A DNA stretch of 64,000 nucleotides from Octopus sinensis (GCF_006345805.1 NC_043016.1:6820001-6884000); one strand, 5' to 3'; counted from the first letter of the stretch, positions 1 to 12,520 are shown. Program-made: numbers and translations. The notes: generated by a model from the sequence alone, not told the origin.

Positions 1-30
1 GTCACATGACATGTTTTTGTTTGGCAATGT

Positions 31-444
31 GGATCTTTTCGGTTTGAACGACAGTTTCTAACATAATTTCCACGTAACTAAACACTTTTAAACTTCTTAT
101 ACTGTTAGAATGTGTTTATAAAACATCTTTTCTCTTGGCTTTATTGAGAAAATTCTATAGTTTGTAAGATATTTGTTGTTTTTTTCTTCAATTTCTGCAA
201 TTTCAACCAATCAATGACATCTATTGAGGTGAAAACATTCTGTACCGTATGAATATGTCCCGCGTTTAAGAAACAGATTGGGTTTATTTACATTTCTGAA
301 GAAAAAAAGACACCCTTCCCCCCACTCCTAACTCTAACCCTAAAACAGATTGAAATGCAATAGATCGATACTAGGGTCATAATTACGTGTGACAATTTCA
401 TATGACACCGCTAGAAAAAACTGCCTTTCAAACCGAAAAGATCC
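31..444. mobile_element. Non-autonomous TIR element (MITE), Merlin-like, copy 1
   Basis: Left end GGATCTTTTCGGTTTGAA (31..) is the inverse of TTCAAACCGAAAAGATCC (..444). Flanks GGCAATGT / TGCAATGC match at 6/8, a degenerate 8-bp TSD. The interior matches the reverse complement of 28302..28541. Confidence 0.8.
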
Positions 445-469
445 TGCAATGCTTCCCCTTGTTCGTCGT

Positions 470-1124
470 TTTTGCGATAGCTGAAACGAAGAAAGGCCGT
501 ACTTCTGTGAAATTCTGTTTCCTGCTGGGGAAAATGGCGGCCGTAACTGACGTCATGCTTCAAACAGCTTACAAGGACCATGAGCAAAACACAAATTTAT
601 GTGTGGTTTTCACGCTTTAACAATTGTCACTTGTCACTTGAAGACCAACCTCGTTCAGCGCGACCGTCGACCTCCTGTTGAAGAATTGACAAACTTGTTG
701 ATATGACCGGTGTGTCTTTGAGCTCTGTCAAAAGATTTTGAACGCAGAATTGCGAATGTAAAGAGTTGCGGCAAAATCAGTGCGTCGCTTTCTCGCGGAA
801 GATCAAAAGCGGACACGACTGAATGCGTATCGTGAACTGAAAGAATAGTCGAAAGTTGATCTGGACCGCTTATCGAAGGTCATCACTGATGATGAAAACG
901 GGTGCTACAGAATTTGCAGACGTAGAAGAGGTGAAGAAAAAGCGACGGAGGCATTAAAAGGCATCACTTTGTATAAGTTCTAGCACTGCTTCGAACAGAG
1001 GAAAATGCGTCGGGTCCGATGCATTATTTCAAATGGAAAATACTGGAGGCGATATAAAAGTAAACATGTAAAACTAAGAGAATTAATAATATTGTAAAGT
1101 TCCGGTTTCTTTTGGGTAACCTTG
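470..1124 (+). mobile_element. Internally deleted mariner transposon relic (transposase pseudogene plus right TIR)
   Basis: Translated fragments SVKFCFLLGK..MLQTAYKD, EDQPRSARPST, RVAAKSVRRFLAEDQK, KVITDDENGCY (first-D motif ITGDETWxY) and FADVEEVKK. Ends with mariner-like TTCCGGTTTCTTTTGGGTAACCTTG followed by TA. Confidence 0.85.
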
Positions 1125-1163
1125 TATATCTTTGTGTGTGTACTATATATATGTGTGTGTGTA

Positions 1164-1217
<54 letters not shown>

Positions 1218-1309
1218 ATATATACACATACATAATATATGTATATACATACTCACCACACACACACATATAGGTACAGTTCTATATGTAAGAGATGATG
1301 AATTATGTA

Positions 1310-1450
1310 CATTATTTAAATTATTTAAATTTGACGGATATTTCCCCTCATCTTGTTTGTTGTTAACATATTTTGGCTGATATACCCTCCAGCCTTCTTC
1401 AGGTGTCATGGGGAAATTTCGAACCTGGGTTCTCATTCCTAAGGTATTTT
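1310..1450 (-). repeat. Short PLE-related repeat with degenerate hammerhead motif
   Basis: Minus strand reads GACAC-CTGAAGA-A-GGCTG-GAGGGTATAT-CAGCC-AAAAT, with GAAAC eroded. The same family's end (AAACAAGATGAGGACAAATATC..AATGTAAATAATGTA) recurs inverted at about 2230..2285. Confidence 0.55.
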
Positions 1451-1491
1451 TCGATGTTTTGTTGTTGTTGTTATTATTATTATTATTATTA

Positions 1492-1531
<40 letters not shown>

Positions 1532-1537
1532 GTGTTG

Positions 1538-1577
<40 letters not shown>

Positions 1578-1647
1578 CATTATATTGTTGTTGTTGTTGT
1601 TGTTGTTGTTATTATATTATTATTATTATATTATTATTATTATTATT

Positions 1648-2196
1648 GAGTGAGAGAGCAGTTCATGCCATCAAAGTGACACTGGGGTAAAATATACGAA
1701 GCCCAATATACCCATCATGACTACCCGTTGATAAAGGTACACCAGGCCATGCATCACAACCATATGTGCGCGACATGGTGATCTCATATCAAGTAAAAGC
1801 ACATGACCTTGCAGGTGGGGCCCAGTTAGAATTTTCTTCAGGTTGAGTAGCCCATCCTGCTCAAACGGTCCCTGAATAAGGGTTGCTTTAGGATGTTGAA
1901 CGAAACACCTATGTTTCCAGAGGTGAACCATTCAAACTCCAAAGAATCCCTCTCAACACATGGCCATGATGCTCCCCACTACTTCTGCTCGTGATCAGAG
2001 ATGCACATATCGTCAGCCACTAAGGGACATGCTCAACTGGTTAAGGTCAAACAACTGACAAGCAAATCTGTGGGTATTGAGCAGAATATTTGCTGTAGCC
2101 CTCTTTTATACCAAGACAAAACAATGTACATGATAACACTTCCAATCAGTTAAGATCAGAAGCCATGAGAGCCACTGCCTGGTACTGCATCAGGGC
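1648..2196. repeat. About 550-bp interspersed repeat flanked by (TTA)n on both sides, full-length copy
   Basis: Near-identical copies at 17065..17526 (same orientation) and 32780..33267 (inverted). No ORF. (TTA)n arrays abut both ends. Confidence 0.9.
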
Positions 2197-2230
<34 letters not shown>

Positions 2231-2344
2231 ACAAGAAACAAGATGAGGACAAATATCTGTCGAATGTAAATAATGTAAATAATATAATATATATATAGGT
2301 ATATGTACACAACATACATACTAACTCTGCTGAACTAATGGGAA

Positions 2345-2560
2345 ATCTTACAGTCATGCCATTCGGACAATAGTTGTATATATTTCTAAAAATAATTGTT
2401 TGTATGTTGGCTAAAATGAAAAACTACTTGAATACCAAACTTGAGAACGTGGGCTTCACAAAACCAAAGAAAATGGTTCTAGTTCAGGAATTACAGCGCA
2501 AAGCAATTAAAAGTTCTGTGAAAAAATGAAAAACATATGAGGTTTAGCATGCGTATACAT
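2345..2560 (+). mobile_element. R4/Dong-like LINE extreme 3' remnant followed by degenerate (CATA)n
   Basis: Translation QELQRKAIKSSVKK*KTY resembles RRLQIQSITGTVKICKTF at the C-terminus of the copy at 42506..42688. Confidence 0.5.
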
Positions 2561-2682
2561 ATGTTTATACATGCAAATATGTATTTATACACAAAGCATA
2601 GAATGCTTTCATGCATGCATATTTTTGTACATACGTGATTGCAATGTACATTCATATATACATGCATACATTTATGCATGGC

Positions 2683-2771
<89 letters not shown>

Positions 2772-2786
2772 ATATTATATATATAG

Positions 2787-2847
<61 letters not shown>

Positions 2848-3664
2848 TTGTTGTGAAAGATTATTTATTGGCTAAACTGGCAAAATGACCATTCTGAAAT
2901 ATAACAATATATATATATACATATGCATAGGTATACAATTACACGCACGCACACATACATGTACACATACACGTATATATTATATCATTAGAATATTATG
3001 TGAGTGTTAAGTTTCTATATTGGAAGGTTCAAACCCCACCCTCATCCCCACGAAATGATTAAGATAACATGTAATTAGAGTGATGTGTAGAATGCAATTA
3101 GTCGCACAAGCTGGTGAAACACTTGTTAATGATTTAGTGCATCTCTGGTTACGATAGTGCATAATAGCTGTCTGGTCTTTTGTACCTATTTATAAAACGC
3201 CAGTTGATGTATTAGTAATAGATACAGAGGCATGATAATGACAGAATGTGTACATGTATGTGGCCACTTACACAAACGGACACACACACACACACATTCA
3301 TACACACACGCACACACACACGCGCGTGCAGATATTTATATATAATATACATACACATAAATATACACGTACACACATGCACACACATATATACGTATAC
3401 ATATATTCGTGCATAAGCTATACTTGCTATAATGGAACCCTAAAACGGATCCCTAGATCCAGCCTTAGCTGTGATCTTGGAACATAATGGTCGACCAACT
3501 GTAGCACTTACCTAGCGAACATATTCGTTTAGATCACAAGTGAACTAAACCCTTCATATTCTATATTTATACATATGTATACATATGTGTGTGTTGTATA
3601 TCTATATGCATATATACGCATATATATATATATGCACATAATATACATACACATGTATGTATAC

Positions 3665-3953
3665 CATTATTCAATTTTATTTCAAGAATTCTTGCAAACA
3701 GAGAAAGAGCTGGTTTCTAACCTTGATCCAAGGGTCCTTCACTGGAATTTCAACATCAACAATATGGTATTTTTGTATGTACGTATGTATGTATGTATGT
3801 ATGTATGATGTATGTATGTATGTATGTATGTATGTATATTTGTATGTCATTATTCAGTTTATTTCAAGATTTCTTGCTAATAGAGAAAGAACCAGTTTCT
3901 AACCTAGATTCAAGGTTATTTCATTTGAATTTCAATATCAACAGAGTATTTTT
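3665..3953. repeat. Two diverged ~108-bp units separated and followed by (TATG)n
   Basis: 3665..3773 and 3848..3953 align: CATTATTCA..TTTATTTCAAGA.TTCTTGC.AA.AGAGAAAGA.C..GTTTCTAACCT.GAT.CAAGG..TT.CA.T.GAATTTCAA.ATCAACA..GTATTTT. Confidence 0.85.
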
Positions 3954-4699
3954 GTATGTATTAATGTATGTATGTATGTACGTATGTACGTGTGTATTTA
4001 TGTATGCATGTATGTACGTGTGTATTTATGTATGTATGTATGTATGTATGTATGTATGTATGCATGCATGTATGTATGTATGTATGTATGTATGTATGTA
4101 TGTATGTATGTATGTACGTATGTACGTGTGTATTTATGTATGTATGTACGTATGTACGTGTGTATTTATGTATGTGTATGTAGGATGTATGTATGTATGT
4201 ATGTATATGTATGTATGTATGTAGTATGTATGTATGTATGTATGTATGTATTTATGCATGTATGCATGTATGTATGTATGTATGCATGTATGTATGCATG
4301 TATGTATGTATGTATGTACGTATGTACGTGTGTATTTATGTATGTATGTATGTATGTATGTATGTATGTATGCATGTATGGATGTATGTATGTATGTATG
4401 TATGTATGTATGTATGTATGTATGTATGTATGTATGTATGTATGTACGTGTGTATTTATGTATGTATGTACGTATGTACGTGTTGTATTTATGTATGTAT
4501 GTATGTATGTATGTATGTGTATGTATGTATGTATGGATGGATGGATGTATGTATGTATATATGTAGTATGTAGTATGTATGTATGTATGTATGTATGTAT
4601 GTATGTGTATGTGTGTGTAGTATTATATATGTATGTATGTATGTAAGTATGTATATATGTATGTATGTGTGTATGTATGTATGTATGTATGTATGTATG

Positions 4700-4733
<34 letters not shown>

Positions 4734-4762
4734 TGTATGTATGTATGTATGTATGGATGGAT
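3954..4762. repeat. Long compound (TATG)n microsatellite
   Basis: TATG units with recurring variant block GTACGTATGTACGTGTGTATTTAT. Confidence 0.95.
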
Positions 4763-4769
4763 GGATGTG

Positions 4770-6595
4770 CAGATTTGTATGTTTTATATATGTATTCTCA
4801 TGCGTATAATTGCATATCTAGACGTGCTCATAAATATTTAAAAGATAAACTTCTGGTAAGTTTTACAGGTTTTTACAGATTTTTTGAGTTCCAGTGATGA
4901 ATTGGATCTGTAGTCTTCGAAGTAGCTTTCTCCTTTCTGGTTTTGAGGAGCCTAATTTCTCAAGATTGGTATTTAGGCAATGTATTACATATCCCAGGGC
5001 CTCAGTAATTACAGGTATAAACCTGAACCTTTAATCTGGATAGAGTAACAGCAGATTTCTCAATAGTTCAGTATAGGAGTTCTCTTGTTCACTGATCTTG
5101 TTTTATCTTAACATCCGTTTGGCAGCTAATTTCCACAACTGTGAACAGTTTCTCTTCTCCATCCCAAATCATTATATCAGGTCTGTTGCGTTTACATTTT
5201 GTTGAGGTCTTCACTGGTACATTCTACAAGTATTCCTTTTTATTACAAGTGGCTATGGCTTCTACTATATTGTGGGTTCTTATTTCTTTGTCCTCAGGGT
5301 TATCCTTCCGACGGATTTCATTATAGAGTGTCTTAGCTACAAATCATGTCCCATCGGTAGATAATACCTTGATGACATTTTCGGACAACTGTTTATGATG
5401 TGAGTGATACCTTTAGTGCAAACGCCACATTGTCTGCATCTGTTGTCACATTTTACGCCTTTACCTGCATCTCTATCCCTTTTGTGCGTCAGGTACTTCG
5501 TTGATATTTCCTGTTCCTGGATTGCAAACGCATACTCTTCAAAGTAATCCGGCTACTAGTTCATGATAAACTGCTTTGATGATCGATGCGATCATCACGG
5601 AGCTTTCTACTAACATATCCATGCGTAGTCTTCTGCTCATACAGGCTCATCCTTTCGTCTGATGATACGTGGCGGTAGAATCGTGCGGCTTCTTTGAGCA
5701 TGTATTCTAGGTTATCAGACAAAGAGAGTTGCTCAAGGAGTTGCCTTCCCAGTCTTATGATGTTATCAACCTCATGTATGCGAACTTGGTCAAGGGATGC
5801 ACTTCGACACTTGGTGGTTAAAAGATGTTATCGAAGGTATATGATGAGACATACAAAGGTATTTTGACTCGATGTTAAGCCTCTTCCACATCGTTTTCGT
5901 TTTAGGTAGAGGCGGTCTACATCACTGTTTATGTGGAAATTATGTGTGCTTGTTAGTATTTTTCGGGTTTCCACATCAATGGCTCGGATCTCATCAAGAG
6001 TCCAATCAAGTAGCCCAAATGTTGGTATGAGTACTGGCACTGCAAATACATTGTGAGCCACTGTTTTCTTTCAATGCAGAGAGTTCTCAGGTTCAAATTT
6101 TCTTTATTCGGTTGCAATATTCTTTTATCTATACCTAGATACCTGTCCCTCGTCAGATAAAGGGGAAACAATCAAATCATTGATGGAGATGTTACTAGAC
6201 TGGTTTGTAGTCTTCCCCCTTTCCAACCTTATAAGAACATTTATCCTGACCAAACTCCATCCTACATCCTTTGAGAATGCTGTAACTAGGTCAAGGCTCT
6301 TTTTCATCTCATGCATATTCTTTGCATAAAGTTTAAAGTCACCCACAAAGAAACAGTTTGTAATTTTGGTATTTCTGTTTCCTTGTGAACCAGTGAGATA
6401 TCTTTCAGATTTCCTTAACATGAAAAGCATTTCAGAAAGTATAAACAATATCACAGAGAGGCTGTCTCCTTGGAACATGCCTTTGCGATATTGTATTCTA
6501 TCAGTGATAATACAGTCACTTTTTATGTTTAATTTCAAGGTGGTGGCCCATGATGAAGTCAGGTCAGCTATGGCCAAGTACATATATTTTTAAAC
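4770..6595 (-). mobile_element. 5'-truncated R4/Dong-clade non-LTR retrotransposon (RT, CCHC, restriction-like endonuclease), (TACA)n-associated family
   Basis: RT motifs KGMFQGDSLSVILF and FFVGDFKLYAK. Thumb region HNVFAVPVLIPTFGLLDWT..DVDRLYLKRKRCGRGL. The 3' region is homologous to 42430..43385 and runs directly into the (TACA)n array. Frameshifted. Confidence 0.85.
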
Positions 6596-6599
6596 CTGG

Positions 6600-6658
6600 T
6601 ACTTATTCTATCGGTCTGTTTTGCCAAGCGGTGGTGTGGAACAAACACAGACACAAAA

Positions 6659-6690
<32 letters not shown>

Positions 6691-6890
6691 CACACACACA
6701 AACGCGCGCGCGCACATACACACACACACACACATATGCAAACATATAAGGGGCTTCTTTCAGTTTCCGTCTGCCAAATCCACTCACAAGGCTTTGGTCA
6801 GTCCGAAGCTGTAGCAGAAGACATTTGCCCTAGAGCCACGCAATAGGACAATCCGGAACCATGTGGTTAGGAAGCAAATTTCTTACACAT
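6600..6890 (-). mobile_element. tRNA-derived SINE family A (internally deleted)
   Basis: Shares GGGCTTCTTTCAGTTTCCGTCT.CCAAATCCACTCACAAGGCTTTGG with the full copy at 51321..51699. Confidence 0.85.
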
Positions 6891-7169
6891 GTATAAGGTA
6901 ACAGAGAAAACGTAAAAATGTCTCAGAAATCCGGACACCATAAACCACGTGCGCATAATGGCCCAGTTATGCAACAAATGCAACCAAATCATTCCATTGA
7001 CATTATTAACAAACATACAGATGAAGAAACAGGTCCTATGTACACCAGCAGACAAACTCATAGCTTCTCATTTTCTTCTCCCTCTTCTCTGTTCATTTAC
7101 GATAACCTGACGCCATACTGGTGTATATATCGGTCTGTTGTTTTCTTCGTGTTGTGTTTATGCTAATAA

Positions 7170-7382
7170 TTCTTCCTTCTTTAGGCACAAGATCCCAAAT
7201 TTGGAGGAGTGGGTTAGTCGATTACATCAACTCCAGTTCTCAACTGGTTCTTATTTTATGAACCCTGAAACGATGAAAGACAAAATCGACCTCGGCGGAA
7301 TATGAACTCAGAATGTAAGGACAGGCGGAATGCCGCTAAGCATTCTCCCCAGTGTGCTAACGATTCTGCAGCTCGCCGCCTT
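7170..7382 (-). mobile_element. SINE family B (alternative B2-type tail)
   Basis: Ends in CAGCTCGCCGCCTT (reverse complement of the AAGGCGGCGAGCTG head). Core GACCTCGGCGGAAT.TGAACTCAGAA matches 21650..21879. Confidence 0.85.
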
Positions 7383-7888
7383 TTCTTTTTACGTTAATAA
7401 TGCCCACAAAGCGCGCCTGGGCGCATTTGTCGCGTAATAGGGCTTTTATGCCCTTGTCATCTACGGTGGCTGGCTTTCTGAAACACTTTAAAAAATTACA
7501 TAGAGCACAGATTCCGTTTACGTATTCAGTGTTTCTTTTGTTTACGACGCGTGGACTCTGGCCTGTCTGGAATTGTGAAGATTATCGTCAAGCCACATGG
7601 AGTACAGGAGCGGAGTGCGAAATTTATTTTATGTGCCTCTACCTTTTGGCAACGAGTTGTGCTTCCGGCGCAAATTTTGAACTCTGTGTGTGTGTGTGTG
7701 TGTGCGTATGTGTGTGTGTGTGTGTGTGTGTTTGTGTGTGTGTGTGCACGCATGCGTGTAAGAGCAAGGATGTATCTGCGTATGTATGTATGTATGTATG
7801 TATGTATGTATGTATGTATGCATGTATGTATGTATGTATGTATGTATGTATGTATGCATGTATGTATGTATGTATATATATTAAAGTC

Positions 7889-8251
7889 ATTTGTTTCAGT
7901 CATTTGACTGTGGTCATGCTGGAGCACCGCTTTAGTCGAGCAAATCGACCCCAGGACTTATTTTTTGCAAGCCTAGTACTTATTCTATCGGTCTCGTTTT
8001 GCCGAACCGCTAAGTTATGGGGACGTAAACACACCAGCATCGGTTGTCAAGCGATGTTGGGGGGGGGCAAACACAGACACAACATATACACACACATACA
8101 CACACACATATATATACATATACACGACGGGCTTCTTTCAGTTTCCGTCTACCAAATCCACTCACAATGCTTTGGTCGGCCTGAAGCTATAGTAGAAGAC
8201 ACTTGCCCAAGGTGACACGCAGCAGGACTGAACCCGGAAATCCTGCGCCTA
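7889..8251 (-). mobile_element. SINE family A, near full length
   Basis: Collinear with 51321..51699, with a deletion in the tRNA-like head. Confidence 0.9.
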
Positions 8252-9451
8252 CATATTTATATATGTATATATGTGTGTGTGTATAGACATGTATGTATGT
8301 TTCATACGCGCACACGCACAAACACACACACACAATTTTAAAAATTATATTATTTTCACACTCACTTTGAAACCGTTGGATGGAATAACTGGTACTGTAT
8401 TTTGGCTTCAAAATCATGATGAAATCAATTTAGGCAGATGATACTCCTTGATCACAAAGTTTTCGTTTCTGTTATCCGCAGAAATAGTAGATTCTAAGGA
8501 GTTCTAATGTTGAAAATGAGAAAAAGTTATCTGATATGGAGGCCTGGAAGCCAGCTGAATTCTAGAAGTCACCTATATCGTGATGATTTGCGCTGGGTAT
8601 CAAAATGCGAACATCATTATTACTACAGAATGCTCTGTGAATACTGTAAAGGTCCTAAGACATGACATGAACAGAGATTACGAGACCGTGGCTAGTGGGA
8701 AGAAGAGACACAGCAGGTGTTCTGACTGCGTCTGCCGCCGGAGTTCATCCAATAAGAGCAGAACAAAGTGACTGGAGATCAGAGTAAGAGAATCTTGACC
8801 TTGGCGTAAGAGATAGCTGTCCGAATCGCCACCATGATACTGGCCCGCCATGAATAGTTCGTTACTTCTTGTACAAGAAGCGCAACGGACGAATTCTGAC
8901 AGCCAAGGAGACCGCGTCTTACATTTAACAAAAAAATCGCTAGGATGATATATAAGTTTAGCTGCTATTTCTTTCAGGTCGAGCAAACTTGAAGAGGTTA
9001 TCTCGCTATTGAAATATAATATTCCTATCATATTCCCCAATATAAATAAGTAGCATTCAGTAGTAATACATGAGTACGGAAACCACTGCAGCGTATTTCC
9101 ATACACAATTGTACAAATAAAGCGTCTCATTCAATCTAAATATTTCTATCATAATGAGAATACACTAATAATATTACAGAATTTTGGTACTCTTAGAAAC
9201 GTAAATGAGTAATCATAGAATATATTTCATTAAATGCTAATTAATAATCAATTAAAATAACTCTTATGATTCTTTCTTCAGAAAGAATCATAATTGAGGA
9301 ATTTTTTCAGACACTATGAAGAATGTTTATAGATTTTAAATTATTACTGTTACTAAAATATCACAAGAATAATTTATACTTTCATCTACATTCATTTATT
9401 ATTCCTTTAATATTTTCATTTTATTCTACCATTATTTATTTTAATAAATTC

Positions 9452-9478
9452 ATTTACTTTTTTGCTTTCGTTAAACAG
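9452..9478 (+). promoter_or_regulatory. Probable splice acceptor of the glycosyltransferase coding exon
   Basis: Pyrimidine tract ATTTACTTTTTTGCTTTCG then TTAAACAG (AG at 9477-9478), 4 nt before the ATG at 9483. Implies an upstream 5'UTR exon that was not located. Confidence 0.6.
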
Positions 9479-9482
9479 AATT

Positions 9483-10982
9483 ATGAAGAAGACGAAAATA
9501 TTTATACTTGTTCTGCTTACGTACAGCGCAATCACACTGATGCTTTGGGACAAATGGAATACCACTAAGTTTTGTACAACGAACATGGACACTCGTTCTA
9601 AACTTCAAAATCACAAAGTTAGGCGCTATGGGTCACATATAGAATCGACAACACACATTCTCGAATTTAATAATAAATCATTGGAATGTGCACCCCACAG
9701 AAAAAAAAAGGTAAATTGCAAGCTTCTATTTAGAGGAGATCCTGATTACATCAATGAGGTTAACTTAATGAAAGAAGATAAAAACATGGATTCCACTTGC
9801 AGCTTGAAGGAACTTGTAAAAAATTGCACCAAGTTCCGTCAATCACATGGATATTTTAGCAAACCAGTTACCCCGATGGAGCTCGATTATCCAATCGCTT
9901 TTGCCATTAAAATACATACAGCACCAAACCAATTCGAAAGATTATTGAGAGCAATCTACTTACCTCATAATGTTTATTGCATACATGTTGATGCGAAAGC
10001 TGATAACAATACATTTGAACTGATAAAAAGCATCAGCACCTGTCTTCCGAACGTTGTACTTGCAGAGAATCGAATAAATGTTGTATATGCTACTTTTAGG
10101 CATTTACAAGCTGAAGTAGAATGCATGAAGGCGTGCACCAAATCAAATGTAAAATGGAAATACTACATAAATCTTACTGGGCAAGAATTTCCATTGAAGA
10201 CAAACCTGGAATTAGTTGAAATTCTGAAGGTTTTCAATGGAACTAACGATATTGAATCATACAAGCACCCCAAACATTTAGATTGGCGTGTAAAATATAA
10301 AATAAAAATCAATGAGAAATCATCAAGTCAAACAAAGGAAAGTAAAATACCATTGAAATATCAAATACAGTTGTATAAAGGAAGTGCCTATGGGATGTTT
10401 TCACGAGAATTTATTGAATTTATTTTAGAGGACGATGTTGTAAAAACCATTTTTAATTGGATGAATGATACATATTCACCTGAAGAAAATATCTGGGCAA
10501 CTCTTAATTCTCTAGAATTTTCCCCTGGTGGCTCTAGTGGCATTGAAATTCGTCACGATAAATATAGTCATGCCTCAAAAGCTGTGATATGGAGTTGGGA
10601 TCCCTTTAAATGTTTCGGTAAATTGATTCGTAGTGTATGTATTTTTAGCGTAGGAGATCTTCCATGGCTCAATAGCCGTCCTGAAATAGTAGCTAACAAA
10701 TTCTACGAAGATACCGATTCTATAGTATTAGACTGCTTAGAAGAATCATTAAGAAACAGAACACTAATCCAAAACGTTGATCAGCTCAATTGGTACTATT
10801 ATCGTAATCTTCCGCATGTCAGTTATAATGCAAAGCTAAAAGCCAATGAAAAAACAAAAGAATTCCTGCAAAGCAAGAAAAAAAAATGGCTTTTGAAACA
10901 AGAACAGTTACTTAAACCTGTGACAAAGAAACAGACTATTAAAATAGAAAAAAAATTAGCAATGAATATCTCAAAAAGTTGA
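9483..10982 (+). CDS. GCNT: Beta-1,6-N-acetylglucosaminyltransferase, core-2/I-branching family (GT14), 499 aa, type II membrane protein
   Basis: Intact ORF with N-terminal TM segment IFILVLLTYSAITLMLW. Branch-domain motifs PIAFAIKIH..FERLLRAIYLPHNVYCIHVD.KA, WKYYINLTGQEFPLKTN.ELVEILK, KGSAY, DTYSPEENIWATL (catalytic Glu region), C.G...RSVCIFSVGDLPWL and ANKF. The specific paralog cannot be assigned. Confidence 0.95.
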   Translation: MKKTKIFILVLLTYSAITLMLWDKWNTTKFCTTNMDTRSKLQNHKVRRYGSHIESTTHILEFNNKSLECAPHRKKKVNCKLLFRGDPDYINEVNLMKEDKNMDSTCSLKELVKNCTKFRQSHGYFSKPVTPMELDYPIAFAIKIHTAPNQFERLLRAIYLPHNVYCIHVDAKADNNTFELIKSISTCLPNVVLAENRINVVYATFRHLQAEVECMKACTKSNVKWKYYINLTGQEFPLKTNLELVEILKVFNGTNDIESYKHPKHLDWRVKYKIKINEKSSSQTKESKIPLKYQIQLYKGSAYGMFSREFIEFILEDDVVKTIFNWMNDTYSPEENIWATLNSLEFSPGGSSGIEIRHDKYSHASKAVIWSWDPFKCFGKLIRSVCIFSVGDLPWLNSRPEIVANKFYEDTDSIVLDCLEESLRNRTLIQNVDQLNWYYYRNLPHVSYNAKLKANEKTKEFLQSKKKKWLLKQEQLLKPVTKKQTIKIEKKLAMNISKS

Positions 10983-11063
10983 AAATGGTAGCATTATTAA
11001 ATATATATTTCAATCACAAACAGCAAATACCTTCACAACCAACAACAGCAGCTACTGCAACAC

Positions 11064-11215
<152 letters not shown>

Positions 11216-11946
11216 ACATTGAGGAGGGTAAAAGTGATTTTAAGAAATCGAAAAATGTTTGGTATGACGTAAAAGAAAACATTTAGCAGGTAATAATTTA
11301 GACAAATTTTCCACTCTCTTTGGTAACTTTGGTAACTTTGTATGTGATCTGATATGCTTACTTGTAAATTCGATTATTTATTATAAATTTTACATTTTCT
11401 CCACTCATCATTCTATTTAAAACATCTACAATTTCCGAACAAACCATATAGTTCTTTATATTTCCGCTGAAAAATACTTGAGGAAAACTTTTCTATTCGT
11501 GTTTATAAAGTTTAAAAAAAAATTTTCTTAAAAGAACTGATTAAAATATTCATATATTTTTGGAAGACGAAAGGAAAAGCTTAAGAGATCAGTCACTAGG
11601 GTTCAGCTTTTTACTATCATTGATTTTTTCCCCTCAAAATCTTCCTTTACTCATAAATGTCTGAGTGTTGTTTATCATTCAAATATCATTGGCTTCCAAT
11701 AAATCTTTAAATATTTATTTTTTAAACATTTAACGATTGTTCGTATTGGTAGTTCTTAGGGGAATGAAATTAAGATCCTAATTCATCATTGTTTGGTAAA
11801 GAATTTTTATTGAAGCATCCTTGGTTAAAAAAAAAGTAGAATTATGCAAAAATAACGAAAGAAAAATATTTATCGTAAATTATAGCAAATATTTGATGGC
11901 CTGGAACTAATCAACAACAACAACAACACTACTACTACTACTACTA

Positions 11947-11984
<38 letters not shown>

Positions 11985-12051
11985 ATACTAATACTAATAC
12001 TAATACTAACTACTAATAATATAATAATAATAATAACAATAACAATACAAC

Positions 12052-12132
<81 letters not shown>

Positions 12133-12174
12133 TAATAATAACAATAATAATAATAATAATAATAATAACAAAGA

Positions 12175-12520
12175 GTGAGAAGTACCAGCCGGAAACAGAA
12201 AAGTTTAAGAAAAACCATCCACTGCGGGACGAGATAGAAAAGTTATAGAACATGAGGAAAGTAATGGTGATACCGGTGGTAATTGGAGCATTAGGAACAG
12301 TTTCCAAGAGCTTTGAAAAACATATTAAAAATATTGGAGCTGCTGTCAGGCTCGAAGTGATCCAGAAGACAGAATTGTTGGGTACACCTGGCATTCTATG
12401 GAGAGTATTGTCTCTTTGAGTCACGGGAGAAGGCACTACTTGAAACCTTTGGTGATTTGTTATTGACTGCTTTCAAGTAAAGAACAACTGCAAATAGAAC
12501 AGCAATAACAATGATAATAA
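12175..12520 (+). mobile_element. R4/Dong LINE 3' end fragment in (TAA)n
   Basis: LRDEIEKL*NMRKVMVIPVVIGALGTVSKSFEKHIKNIGAAVRLEVIQKTELLGTPGILWRVLSL* is a typical RLE C-terminus. Preceded by a long (AAT)n array. Confidence 0.8.

Noticed and set aside
327-343. Telomere-like CCTAACTCTAACCCTAA
   Set aside because: Only about three degenerate units inside a MITE.
2100-2196. HDV-like ribozyme at the end of the 550-bp element
   Set aside because: The P1/P2/P3/P1.1 nested pseudoknot could not be built by hand.
3793-4897. Long ORFs of MYVC/HTYI, IYLS, poly-L/I/Y or CVCV type here and throughout (e.g. 43375..44286, 52282..52742)
   Set aside because: These are translations of (TATG)n, (TATC)n, (TTA)n, (TA)n and (TG)n microsatellites with no protein signal.
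7400-8215. 271-aa ORF
   Set aside because: It runs through (TG)n, (TATG)n and a SINE, with no recognisable domain.
8560-9130. Possible exon or TE relic upstream of the glycosyltransferase
   Set aside because: No recognisable motif in any frame I translated; left uncalled.
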